Part shown: positions 14,988-27,789 of the stretch, one piece after another
How positions within the stretch are numbered: the stretch's first letter is position 1
Layout of the letters: every line of letters starts with the position of its first letter
Notes under the pieces: model-generated
What the model was told of the DNA's origin: nothing
The model's input: the letters and a program-made list of their open reading frames with translations, nothing else
Databases searched by the model: none
Assembly: GCA_028534125.1 (NCBI GenBank)
Contig: CM052816.1
Span: 44,890,001-44,954,000 of the forward strand
Length of the DNA: 64,000 nucleotides
Direction of reading: 5' to 3'
Origin: Lama glama
Lineage: Eukaryota
Made by a program: the position numbers and the translations under genes

Positions 14988-15487
14988 NNNNNNNNNNNNN
15001 NNNNNNNNNNNNNNNNNNNNNNNNNNNNNNNNNNNNNNNNNNNNNNNNNNNNNNNNNNNNNNNNNNNNNNNNNNNNNNNNNNNNNNNNNNNNNNNNNNNN
15101 NNNNNNNNNNNNNNNNNNNNNNNNNNNNNNNNNNNNNNNNNNNNNNNNNNNNNNNNNNNNNNNNNNNNNNNNNNNNNNNNNNNNNNNNNNNNNNNNNNNN
15201 NNNNNNNNNNNNNNNNNNNNNNNNNNNNNNNNNNNNNNNNNNNNNNNNNNNNNNNNNNNNNNNNNNNNNNNNNNNNNNNNNNNNNNNNNNNNNNNNNNNN
15301 NNNNNNNNNNNNNNNNNNNNNNNNNNNNNNNNNNNNNNNNNNNNNNNNNNNNNNNNNNNNNNNNNNNNNNNNNNNNNNNNNNNNNNNNNNNNNNNNNNNN
15401 NNNNNNNNNNNNNNNNNNNNNNNNNNNNNNNNNNNNNNNNNNNNNNNNNNNNNNNNNNNNNNNNNNNNNNNNNNNNNNNNNNNNNNN
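14988..15487. other. Assembly gap (500 N)
   Basis: N run. Confidence 1.
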
Positions 15488-16104
15488 ATACCATACGAGA
15501 TCGCTCATATGCGGAATCTTAAAAAAAAAATAAAAGAACATAAATACAAAACAGAAACAGACTCATAGACATAGAATACAAACTTGTGGTTGCCAAGGGG
15601 GCAGTGGGTGGGAAGGGACAGACCAGAATTTCAAAATGTAGGACAGATAAACAAGATTATACTGTATAGCACAAGGAAATATATACATCTTATGGTAGCT
15701 CACAGAGAAAAAAGTGTGACAATGAATATATATATGTTCATGTATAACTGAAAAATTGTGCTGAACGCTGGAATTTGACACAACATTGTAAAATGATTAT
15801 AAATCAATAAAAAATGTTTAAAAATAAAACAAAATAAAAAATTAGAAATCTAAAAAAAACCCCACAAATTTATTGTTTGTTGTAATTTGTTACAGCCACC
15901 ATAGAAAACTAATACAATAATTATGGTAGATTTAAACTAAACATCAATAACAAAAAGTAATCTAAAATAATTCCTCAATATCTGGAAATTAAGCAACACA
16001 CTACTAAATAACCCATGGATCAAAGAAGAAAATTTCAGGAAAATTGGAAAATATTTTCAACAGAATCATAGTGAAAACTTAGCATACCAAAATTTGGAAA
16101 TACA

Positions 16105-16612
16105 GGTATTAACCAGAAAATTCTACTCTTAGTTATTCACCCAGGAGAAATCAAAGTATATGCTCACAGAGGATATCCGTAAGAACGATTATGATCCGTT
16201 TAGTCAAAAACTGGAAACAAGCCATCAATTATAGAAAGGTTGCATGAATTGTAGCATATTCATAGAATTAAATACTACTCAGCAGTAAAAGAAATAAACT
16301 ATGGATAGGCATGGCAACCTGGATGAATCTCAAAGCAAAAGAACCCAGACGCAAAAGAATGTGAACTTTAGGATTCCACTTATACGAAGTCCATGAGTAG
16401 GCAAAACTAATTTATGGTAATGGAAACAAGAAATTGTTTTTCTTTAGTGGGAAGATCAGGTTGTACTGAATGGAAGGGAGCACAGGATGATGTAAACATT
16501 CTATGTCTTTTAGCGGTTTGTGGTTTCCAGGTATAAAAAATTATCAAAACTGATCAAACTAAACACTTAAGATATATGCAATATAACATATATAAATTAT
16601 ACCTCAATTTTA
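16105..16612 (+). mobile_element. Old L1 (L1MD/ME-like) 3'UTR
   Basis: 'ggatgaatctcaaag...aggcaaaactaatttatggt...aaattatacctcaatttt'. Confidence 0.7.
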
Positions 16613-17324
16613 AGTACCCATAGAATTTTTGCAAAGGCTGTAGAACCAAGCCAAAAACTCGACAGCCAAGAACAATGATCACAAATTCTACTTCACACAA
16701 GATGTCACAGCTTGGATCATCGATACAACCATCATTGGACTGTGGAAGCAGCCACTGGAGACACCATGAAGGCTGCCTCCATAAACTGGATGCAGCGATA
16801 CAGCTGTAGTCATCATCTCCTGAATAGGTTCTTTAATAGTGGTACTAGAAATAGTGGTGGGAGACAGAGTGTTAAGTCTAAAGGATAGAAAAGAATCAAA
16901 AGAACTTTGCTTCTAAGATGCAGTTTAGAAAGACAGAGGGATTCTGGATGTCAAACTTCATATGCATGTTGCTCCAATTTGAGAAACATATATAGCTGTC
17001 CTTCAAATCCAAAATAATGAAGAATGTAATCTGAATATTATCTTTTAAGATTCAAAGGAATATTCTTCTTTATTCATATTACTAGTTAAATTAATTACAG
17101 AGGATTACCATTTGGTCTTCTTTTGTCTTTCACAAAATGTTCAAAATCAGTAAAACCATTTCTGGAAAAAAGAGCTTTAGCTTCCATTGCACTCACCACC
17201 TTGCCTACCGAGATAAGAAAGCCATCATGATGATTCAAATATATAGGGGAACATCAGATCCTTGTAATATGCACATCAAGATCTAAGAAAATGCTATTTT
17301 ACATATTGATTCAAAGGAAGAAGT

Positions 17325-17550
17325 TGAGAGTGAACCCTAATGTAAACTATGGTCTTTTAGGTGATGATGATGTGTCAATGCAGGTTCACAAACAGTGAGA
17401 AATGTGCCACTCTGGTGGTGGATACTGATAAAGGGGGAAGCTATGCACATGTGGAGGCAGAGGATATATGGGAAATCTTTATATCTGCGTCTCAATTTTG
17501 CTTTAAACCTGAAACTTCTCTAAATAATAGAGCCTATTTTTTAAAAAATG
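17325..17550 (+). mobile_element. L1MC-type 3'UTR fragment
   Basis: 'gagtgaaccctaatgtaaactatgg...gtgatgatgatgtgtcaatgcaggttca'. Confidence 0.75.
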
Positions 17551-19015
17551 AACTATTATATTAAAAAATAAAGCTCAATAAAGCTGTTAAACTAAAACAA
17601 ACTGAATGCTGCTTGCATGGTATGGAAAAGATCTTGGGAAGAAATCTGTTGTTATACTGATAAAGACACTACCTAATGTTGGAACATACCCTTTTACGTT
17701 GTATGTTTTTAAAAGAAAAAGGCACATTACTTGTTTTTTAAAAAAAACTTGCATGCACTAAATGAAAAATAAGGGCATGACTTACTTGTGACTGGCACCC
17801 TAAGCCTAGAACGGGGCAGCATGCCTACTGTCATAGGTACAACTTATGACTAGAAATGGATAAAGTTTCCTTTTTTGCAGTTATTATAATTTCTTCTCTG
17901 CCTTCCAAGTGAACTTAATTCCACACATCAAGAACTTCCTCAAATTTCAGCATCAAATATTTCATAATTAAAACATTAAATACATTTGCTAAAACAAGTC
18001 AAAGTATAATCTGTTTTATTTTTAAAAGGCATCCAATTTCAGAAAGCCCTATTATTTATAATATAAGTACCTAGTTTAAAATACAGTCTTGCATAATACT
18101 ACACCTGCTAATCCTGGCAAGCCAGAGACAGTAGAGATGAAGTGTGTGGTATCACTTATATCAAACTCAAATATGTGACACATCACTCTGTAGTTATAAA
18201 AACAGATTCATATTTTTCATACAAGATGTGATACCTAGTTAAAATGGAATAAACTTAGTACCCAGAATACTTAATTGTTATTGTGATACAGAACACACAA
18301 TTAAATTACCTTTTTTTTTCCTTATGCTTATAAAAAAAAGAGCTCCCTGATACACTTAGGTTCATAAATTAGTAATTTTATAGGACCCTCTCTCTTTATT
18401 TACTATTTACCTTCTCTTTCACACTTAAATCTTTCAACACTACTGATCTGCTCTGGTCAGTTAGTTAAAAAAAAAAAACCCTGAGAATGAGCTGACTTGT
18501 CATTACATAATGTAAAAATGTATATATAAAATATGCACGTATATATTCTGTCATATTCTTTATAGAAAGAAGATCTGAAATCTGTTCTACCAGAATTTCA
18601 TTGGTTTTTAGATACTCTTATTGTGGTAATTTGACGTCAATCTTGTATCCTAGAGAGTACAACAGAGCCTGACAAAATCTAATGTGATCTAAAGGAATCA
18701 AAGCTAAGTACTTCCAAAATTTCACAAATCAGAAATAAAAATAGAGTGGTAATCATATCCTCTGAACTAGAGTTCTGGGATATCTGATGGACACTGTGGC
18801 AAAGTATAAGCAATAGAATTTTTCCCTATTGAATATTTGGAGAGCAGGCTCAAAAGTATGTTTTAAGTTTTCTCTCTACTTCTTTTCATACTCAATCTAT
18901 TCAGTTAATATTTGTTAATAACTATTACATGCAGCCCTACACAAACTGCTATGGCTACCATACAGGCTCCTCAGGAGGGAAGCTGACTATCACTATGTGC
19001 AACAGGAAGAGACTG

Positions 19016-20615
19016 CAGCATTTATGTTTTGTGGACTTTTGAATGATGACCATTCTGGCTGGTGTGAGGTGATACCTCATTTTAGTTTTGATTTGTATTT
19101 CTCTGATAATTAGCAATATTGAGCATCTTTTCATGTGTCTATTGGCCATTCATATGTCTTCACTGGAGAATTGCTTGTTTAGATCTTCTGCCCATTTTTG
19201 GATTGGGTTGTTTGGTTTTTTCTTATTAAGTTCTATGAGCTGTTTATATATTCTGGAAATTAAGCCCCTGTCAGTCTCATCTTTTGCAAATATTTTCTTC
19301 CATTCTGTAGACTGTCATTTTGTTTTGCTTATGGTTTCCTTTGCTGTGCAAAAACTTGTAAGTTTAATTAGGTCCCATTTGTTTAATTTTGCTTTTATTT
19401 CTATTGCTTCGGTAGACTGCTGAGATGTATGTCAGATAATGTTTCACCTATGTTTTCTTCTAGGAGATTTATTGTGTTTTGTCTTACGTTTAAGTCTTTA
19501 AGCCATTTTGAGTTTATTTTTGTGTATGATATGAAGGAGTATTCTAACTTCATTGATCTACATGCAGCTGTCCAGTTTTCCCAACACCACTTGCTGAAGA
19601 AATTGTGTTTATTCCATTGTATGTTCTTGCCTCCTTTGTCAAAGATTAGCTGACCAAAAGTTTGTGGGTTCATTTCTGGGCTCTCTTTTCTGTTCCACTG
19701 ATCCATATGTCTGTTTTTCTAACAACAGCATGCTGTTTGATTACTGTAGCCCTGTAGTATTGTCTGAAGTCTGGGAGGGTTATTCCTTCAGCTTCATTCT
19801 TTTTCTTCACTGATGCTTTGGCAATTCTGAGTCTTCTGTGATTCCATATAAATTTTGGAGAGGCTGTGGAGGAAAGGGAACCCTCCTACACTGTTGGTGG
19901 GAATGTAGTTTGGTGCAGCCATTGTGGAAAACAGTATGGAGGTTCCTCAAAAGACTTAAAACAGACTTGCCATATGATCCAGCAATCCTACTCCTAGGCA
20001 TATATCCAGAGGGAACTCTATTTCAAAAAGATACCTGCACCCCAATGTTCATAGCAGCAGCAGCACTATTTACAATAGACAATACATGGAAACAATCTAA
20101 ATGTCCATCAACAGATGACTGTATAAAGAATTTGCGGTGTATTTATACAATGGAATACTACTCAGCCATAAAAAATATTAATGCCACTTGTAGCAACATG
20201 GATGGCCCTGGAGAATGTCATTCTAAGTGAAGTAAGCCAGAAAGAGAAAGAAAAATACCACATATTTTAGATTCATATGTGGAATCTAAAAAAAAAAAGA
20301 CAAACAAACTTACTTAGAAAACAGAAACAGACTCACAGACATAGAAAAAACTTATGGTTCCCAGGGGTGGGAAGAGATAAATTAGGAGTTCGAGATTTGC
20401 AGATACTGACTGGTATATATAAAATAGATAAACAAGTTTATACTGTATAGCACAGGGAACTATATTCAATATCTTATAGTGGCTTATGGTGAAAAATAAT
20501 ATGAAAATGAATATATATATACAGATTGATATATAATTGAAGCAATGTGCTGTACACCAGAAATTGACACAACATAAACTGACTATACTTCATTTTAAAA
20601 AATACAAAAAAAAAA
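19016..20615 (+). mobile_element. L1 with 5' inversion (twin priming): 19016-19856 inverted, 19857-20615 sense
   Basis: Minus-strand ORF2 peptides (19401-19706) abut a plus-strand ORF2 tail and 3'UTR. TSD aggaagagactg at 19004-19015 / 20616-20627. Confidence 0.92.
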
Positions 20616-21974
20616 AGGAAGAGACTGGTGCTAAGAAATTTAGTCAATCTAATGATATACTCCTAAGAACTGAGTACACTTTGGTATTGCTATAAACCAA
20701 GCCACATTCTCGTGTATTTATTTTAATATTGCTAAAAAATAGAGAGAGACTGATGTGGAAAATGATTTTCAGTTCAACCATTATCTTTGTTACTTACATG
20801 GAAATACCTCAGTATAATACAGTCAGTTTTCCCATGGAGCATTTGGAAAGGAAGAAGGAAAAAAAACCGAAGGGAAAAGAAGAAAAGAGGAGAGGAGACA
20901 AAGAAGAAAGGCTGGGAGGAACCGAGCCTTCTGTGACATTACCTCCATCGGTTCACATAAGAATCCTGTAAGGAAGAGTTATTGTCTATATTTTATATAT
21001 GAAAAAAACTAGCTTGGAAATATTCTCTTTCCCAAGGTAAATATGTAACAGGACTGGTATTCAAATCCAGGTCTTTGTACAATCCAAAGTCCATGCCCTT
21101 CTCTCATGCCCAAGATACCTTCTCCTGCCACCTGCTTTTTGATTTAGGAATAATATTAACACATGCTTAAAACCAAGTTCTGTCCAGTAGGGAAGATTCG
21201 ACTCCCTTTGATAAATATTGCAGTAGGTGGTCAGCTGACTACTGGATGTGTGCCTAACCATTCAACAAATATCTTTCCCTCCTCTGACCACAGTAAATGA
21301 CAGGGAGATTTCTCAACTTCTAGTTAGTATCCATTAGCAAGCAAGCAACACTCTGGGAGCCTTGTCCTCAAAAAACCACAATGCAACCAATGTGTTGAGG
21401 ATAATGCACAGAAAGACTGTCGAATGCCTCACCTCCTGCTTTTTTCTGCCTCTGGGTTTGTCACCCACTGTTATTTATTATTTATATAGAATCATAAATA
21501 TGAAGCTCTATTGATGGGGGTAAAGCCAGTGCCAGAAAGGTCAGAGACTGAGTTCACTTCCTGTGTCTTAAACAGTCCTTTGATTCATTTGCTTTTTAAA
21601 AAATTAATCAGTAAGTTTTTTGAGTGCCTAATTGAGGGGAAAACCCATCAACCTTTAATGAATTGTTGGAATATTTTTATATGTACAAGAAATATATATA
21701 TCTAATTAAAATTTGGCTAAGGTAATAAACTTTAACATTTTTAAAAGACTATATAAGAGGTAATGCCTCCATTCAGAGATGAGTTGGTGTCACTGAATGT
21801 CACAGACCTCCACGGCAAAAGCAAAATTAAATTACTTGTTCAACATTGTGGATTTGGTTTAGGTGAAAAAACATACGTTACTACAAAGTAACACTAGGAT
21901 TAAATATTAAATAAAGTGTTTAAATAAAATTAGGGCTCATTCCCTAATCCTAACACTGCGCCCATAACCCAGGG

Positions 21975-22190
21975 TAGAACTTGCCCCCTAGCAGATATAT
22001 TGAAATGTAGAGGAAAGTGGTTGTTGTAATATCTAGAGCTGGGGGCTGGGGGTGAATGTGGGGTGTCTACATAATTAGTTGCAAGGGACAATGGAGGGAC
22101 ACAAGAATAATCATCTTGAAAAGTGCAAGACAGTCCTTTATAAAGAACTGCCCACCCAAAAAGTCAGTAGTGCCCTGTTAAAAACACTAC
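21975..22190. mobile_element. hAT-Charlie relic (MER3/MER20-like)
   Basis: 'aagaactgcccacccaaaaagtcagtagtgccctgttaaaaacact' terminal motif. Confidence 0.45.
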
Positions 22191-23399
22191 ACGGACCCAT
22201 TAAAATTTTAAAAATTGAACATTTTAAGTCCAGTCTATAATGTTTTGTTCAGCTTTTATTGCGTTATAAAGTAAATTTGAATGGAGCATATGCATGCACT
22301 CCAGGATGACAGAGATCTACCACTCTATTTTCTTAAACCTGTCAGTCCTCTAGAGGCACCTAAAGTTGAAAACTTCTAAATCCTGATCATTGTACAACCA
22401 CGTAAATGAGTGGCTCTAATCAGGTTAAATAAATGGTACATTCTCTAAAACTCTTTTAGTTCTGGATGTGCCTATCAATCACAGTTCCTAAAACCTTGAG
22501 CAGGTCTTTTTCCTGGTTAGAATTCAGGAAGGAGAACAGAAAGACAAAATATGCTTGAATAATACCAAGATTTAATAAAGTTATTTTTAAATGGGTCCTT
22601 CCATAGATAAGTTTGTGGTTATTTAGCCTCAAAAGTCCATAGACGAGATCTACAGCTGTACTTGAGTTGTTGATGTTGGTAGCTTTCTCTTTGCTATGAC
22701 TTAAGAAGAACAGTGTCAAGACTGATCAGAAGGCAGCGCCACCCCTAAGGCTCCCTCATGGAGAGAGCTAAGATATATTCATTTTCTTCTGCATCAATTC
22801 ATGTTCAGCATTTGCAAATATGAAACTGTTGTTTTCTGATTTAAACTTCTAATGTAAGAATCGTTTTGCTCATGTCCAGTTTTATTGCAAGTTCAAATTG
22901 CATACTGCAATTTCTTGATCTGGATTATAAAATAATTTGTCGAATCTTTTATAATTCCTAAATTCTTTGGCTTAATCTTATTATATTTCTTGAGCTGAAT
23001 TTCAAATTTTAACTCTAATACATGCTCTCTGAAGCAAGCAAAATGATAAAATACAAAAATGTTTTAAGGCAAAACTAAATGGCATCCCCTTCTAACAATG
23101 CCCATGTCCCATGCTAACTCCCTTGTTCCTCCTTATCATAACAAGTAACTGGCAATAATAGCTCACCATGGTAACATTCACATATCTCTCTTGTTCACAG
23201 ACATACATAAATAGATATACCAGCATATACATGATGCCAGGAGTTTTGATGTGGGGGGATTCACTATTTATACTGAAATACAATCATTAAATATGCATTG
23301 CTCCAAACATGCATGTTTTCACTCATATATATCCTGGACATCTCTAAAAGTCAGTAAATATAGATCTCTGAATATATTTAATTGAACTTAATGAGAAGG

Positions 23400-24290
23400 A
23401 AATGGAAAGAAATTAATGAAGGTTGTCAGACTTGGATTTTAAAGAACAGGACCATAAAGATGTTCTTCAGAAAATGTGCCCTATTCTTTAAGATGAAAGA
23501 AGAATGCCCCTAAAGGCGATTTAGAGATCAGGGCTGCCTCCTCAGTTTCAAAATGGGAACCCATTACCTCATTTTCAAAAGGCCAGATGACCTCTGCCCA
23601 AAGCCATAGGCTCAGGGCTACCCAAAGTCATGGAGTGGAACTACCCAGCAGAGGCCTAGGGACTTCTGCCTGGCAGAGCTGCTGGGGCAGGACCTCTTCC
23701 ACAGTGGGTCTGAAAAGCAGGACTGTCACCCAGTGGGTCCAGAAGGCAAAGCCAAAGGGGAATACACCTGAGACTTTAAAATTTGATGGAGCTTGCCTTG
23801 CTAGGTTTTAGATTTGCTGGGACCCATCATCCCTTCCTCCTCCTTTTCTAATTTGTCCCTTTCAGAAGGGAATTGTCTATCCCATGTCTCACCATTGCAT
23901 CTTGGAAGCGTGTAACATACCCGATTTCATAGGTTCACAGCTGGAGAACAATTCACCTCAGAATGATCATACCTGAAGTCTCATTCATATCTGATTTAGA
24001 TGATATTTAAATGAGACTTTGGACTTTAGAACTGATGTTAGAATGAGTTAAGAGTTTTGGAACTGTTGGGATGGAATGAATGTTTTCAGGATTGAGAAGA
24101 ATACCAATTTGAGGGCCAGGGGCAGAATGTAATGAGCTAAATGTTGATGTCCCCTCCAAAATTCACATGCTCAAATCCTAATCTCAGTGCATTGGTATTT
24201 GAAAGTGGGGCTTTAGGGATCTAACTATGTCATGAGGATGGAGCTCTCATTGATGGGATTAGTGCCTTTATAATAGGAGGCCAGAAATGG
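23400..24290 (+). mobile_element. MaLR internal fragment + MLT1A/MST-like LTR start
   Basis: 'gagactttggactttaga...gaatgagttaagagttttggaactgttgggatggaatgaatg...ggccaggggcagaatg', then 'tgtcccctccaaaattcacatg'. Confidence 0.75.
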
Positions 24291-25459
24291 TATTTGGAAG
24301 CCTTTTAATATTTTCACATGAGATAATTTATCAACTCAGTTAATTTCAAAGATAAGGTTTCTGAGAAAGTGCAAACCAAACATAGGTAAGCTTTAATTCG
24401 GGAAATGGTTTGGAAACAGGGGGGCACAAGTCTGGTTTATATTATCAATTACGTAGTTAGAACACTGGATTCTAATCCCCTAGAAAAGTGTGGGGGGTGA
24501 AATTGAACCAATTATGACCTGTTTCTCAATATTTCTAAGATTAGCCCATGTCGCTGGTATTCATTCTAATAACTCAAATACTATCACATGAGGAAAAGAA
24601 TAAGGACAAAATCATCTTAACCATAAACCTAATTGATTTCTATAAGCATTATTTACAGATACTTATTCCTTGTCAAATCAAATCAAAGGAATTACTTGGA
24701 AATTTTTATACCCTAATTCTATCAGGTTTCATTGGTCCCTCTTAACTGAACATTTTTCCAAAATTTACCACTGACTGCCTTTACAATTGTAGCTATTTTA
24801 TGCCCTCCTTTGGTAAAGACTAAGTTTAACACAAATTTAAGACAAAAAGCCCCACTAGCATAATAAATGTCTCCACCAAATACAACGCTTTGAACACAAC
24901 AGAAAATGAATATATGCTCTGTGACCAGAATAATGTAAAAATAACCATCCCCAGTGGATTCTTGTGAAAAAAATTTAGTCAACCAATCTGAATCTTAATT
25001 TATATAAATAGTTTCTTATATAAATTTATATAGTTTCTTTTAATATATTTTAATACCACTGAGTCACTTGTGCTAAAAATTTTGGTGAGTTAAAATAGAA
25101 TTATTCAAGCCTACCACGAATACATGCTATATTTGAGGAAAGATTATATTTATAATAACCAAATGTTTAAAAAACATATTTACTACAAGTAAATTGTCCT
25201 CCATTTATAATCAATCAAAAATATGTATTTTTTCATTGCTTATTCTCTTTTTATCTTTTACAGTCTACCATAAATACTATTTTTCACATCACATTAAATT
25301 ACAGAGATTAACCTGAGTCCTGTTGTAAATGATTTAAGGAAGTGGGGATTTGTTTTGTTTGTTTTTTGGGGGTTTTTTGGTGAGGGGAGAGGGGTGGGCT
25401 ATGAATGGGGTGATTGGGATTATATTTATTAAGGTATCTACATCTCTACTGTTCCTTCT

Positions 25460-25910
25460 GGAATCACAGAATCTAAGAATTGGAAGAGACATTGTATGTC
25501 ATACAGTTCAGCCTCTAATTAAATGCTAATTCCCTTAACACTGCTTACTGCAAGTAATGTAAGTAATGTCTTGCTACTTCTAAGAGTGGGGCACTTACCA
25601 CTGCACTGAGACTATTCTTCATGCTGTTTGATGCTTCTAATTTCAAGAAAAATCTCTTTCATCATATTGGATCAAAATTATTTCACCTAAAACTTTAACC
25701 CAATGTTTTTAATTATTATTCTCTTAGCCGCAGAAAAAAATTAATCTGTTTTTTATGTAAAGTTCACAAAGTATTTGAAAGGAGCTATTATGTACCCATT
25801 AAACCTCTCTTCCTCAGGGTAAATATTTTCATTTTCTACAGTTTTTCCACTTAAGAGATGTTCTCCATCCGAATCAACCTCCTCTGGCTTCCGCTTCATT
25901 GACTAACCTT
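25460..25910. mobile_element. CR1/L3 LINE relic
   Basis: 'aatcacagaatctaagaattggaagagac' and 'gagtggggcacttaccact' CR1-like motifs. Confidence 0.5.
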
Positions 25911-26600
25911 ATCAAGCCCTTTCACTCAGCTCCTGGGGAGTCCAGATGTCTTTTTAAGCAATGCTGTTGCCACTTGCTCCCCAGCTTTGCATCTATGGCC
26001 TTCTCTGGTCTGTGACCTTTCTTAAGACAGAATTCTCACTGCATCCCTGTAGTCCTTGCTTACACATCTCTAAAAGGAAACAAGTTCAACAGACACTGCT
26101 AGAATGGGTTTCAGGATGTCGCAACAAACATGGAGAAGAATGAAGCTGGACCTGTTGTCTATAGGTAAACAAATAAAAGAGCACAGAGAAGAAAGAGATG
26201 AGAATCCTCAGCAGAGTTTTGATAAGGAAGACCATTCTCATGTTCAAGGTGTGGAGGAAAATAGGGAAAAAGAAATTAAAGGTTTGGGGAAAAGAAATTA
26301 AAAGTTTAGAAAAAGGGATCCATTTGACAATAAAAATTTATAATTCCTCCTTTCTTTTATAATAAAAAATAGTAAATAATTCAAATAAATTATAACAGCT
26401 TGCCCAGCAAAGCAAAGTGTCCACAGTATCATGAAATGTTACAAAGAAAAATATCTACAAAAACAATAAATTACTGATGCACTCACAATGGCATCACTTT
26501 CAATACATGTGGAATCTTTAAGTCAGTTTTTTTTAATATACTCAACTTTACATAAAAATCTTATCAGGGTCATGAGGCAGTAGTTATATAACATTGTATT

Positions 26601-26652
26601 GGGGTTTTTCTGGGGTGGGGGGGTTACTTTTTTTATTGAGTTACAGTCAGTT
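26601..26652 (-). mobile_element. ~50-bp L1 3' tail micro-insertion with a mutated tail
   Basis: 'ttttattgagttacagtcagtt' flanked by TSD taacattgtatt (26589-26600 / 26653-26664). Confidence 0.75.
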
Positions 26653-27789
26653 TAACATTGTATTAAGTGAAGTTTAGTTTTATACTCAGCCATTTACCTA
26701 AGTTCCAAATTTATTGTTTGCTTCATTATTAAATCTAATTTATCATAGGCAATTGTTGGTGGTGTAGCTATTTGGAAATATTGATTTGTCTCTCAAAAGC
26801 AAGTGTATGTTCTGACATTTAACACTACTGGCACTCAGGCAACAAACTGGTGTTTGATCAGAGTGTGACATACATATAGAAAGCACACTAATCACAAATA
26901 AAAACACCCATCTAACCAGCAACTGCCAAGAAACAAATGTTACCAGCACCAAGAATGTCCTCTCATGCCTTCATACTCTCAGTCTCCCACTGAGGATAAC
27001 CATTAATCTGACTTCTAGACTTCTGACAAATAGACTTTGCTTGTTTTGAATTTATCAAAAGAAACAATAAGGCATGTACTAACAAGGATCTGGATTATTT
27101 TCATCAATATTATGATACTGAGATGTAACTAAATTGCCAGGAAATTTACTTTTAATAAATACTAAAGCAGCCTCATGCTTTATATACCACCTGCATTACA
27201 ATTACTCAAGAATGTTTCATTTTTAAAAAGGCAGGATCCCAAGCCCCACGTTAAACCTAAAGGATCTGAGACTCAGAGAAGAGGGAGGAGACTAAGTTCA
27301 ACTCTCTAATTTTTATAAATTCATCCAACAATGATTCTGCCTACTGAAGCTTGAGATAATACCTGAAAAACGTAATGCTTCCATTCACTTCGTCAAGTCT
27401 CAATTCTTACCAAAAGGACTTTCTATAAGAAGCGTGCTTTTTCTGGCATCATACCAATTTTGGCAATACTTCAGACTCTGAAACTGATTACTTGCATTTT
27501 CAATAGTTTTAATAATCTGAAAAATCTATTAATATTTTTTCCTAAATTCACCATCTTAGCATCATGGATTTCATGAGAGTATTATTCTGTAGCCAGTATC
27601 GTTTTTTTGGTGTGTTTTTAATTTTTTCTAAAACTTCCCTTGCCTTTCATTATGCAGTCACTAAGTGCTTTAAATCTAATAGAGCCAAGTTAATTTTGAT
27701 GGTTGTCTTAAATCTACGTATAATATGATGACAGTTTTACTACTTAAGGGCCATCATTTCTAGCAAAATTAGGATTAAAAAACAGTACG

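Larger units (their letters stand above)
13879..15858 (+). mobile_element. Composite insertion: copy of the unique flank 58848-59078 + 5'-truncated L1 (ORF2 fragment, gap, 3'UTR, poly(A))
   Basis: Direct alignment to 58848-60946 with the same L1 5' junction. ORF 14366+ encodes L1 ORF2 ('[13 protein letters not shown]...IDQWNRI'). Confidence 0.9.
13468..15916 (+). mobile_element. MLT1 (ERVL-MaLR) solo LTR, split at ~13872/15860 by the composite L1 insertion
   Basis: 5' part 'cccccaaagatgttcatatcctaatccctagagcct...aaggaaatgaattctcccctagaggctccagaaagaa...ctgaaagataat'. The LTR end resumes after the insert as 'gtaatttgttacagccaccatagaaaactaataca'. Confidence 0.85.
8570..16100 (+). mobile_element. 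Old L1M element (ORF1 region and ORF2 endonuclease region), interrupted by several younger insertions
   Basis: Degenerate ORF1-like A-rich sequence ~9140-10490. ORF2 endonuclease-region motifs at ~11915-12190, ~13100-13466 and ~15917-16100 join up across the inserts. Confidence 0.7.

Noticed and set aside
14366..15568. 400-aa ORF and other long ORFs crossing N runs (also 59686-60668)
   Set aside because: The length is an artefact of the gaps. The real part is truncated L1 ORF2 or its antisense.
26064..26158. Minus-strand segment with good acceptor and gtaag donor
   Set aside because: Stops in all three frames. At most a non-coding or cryptic exon, unsupported.
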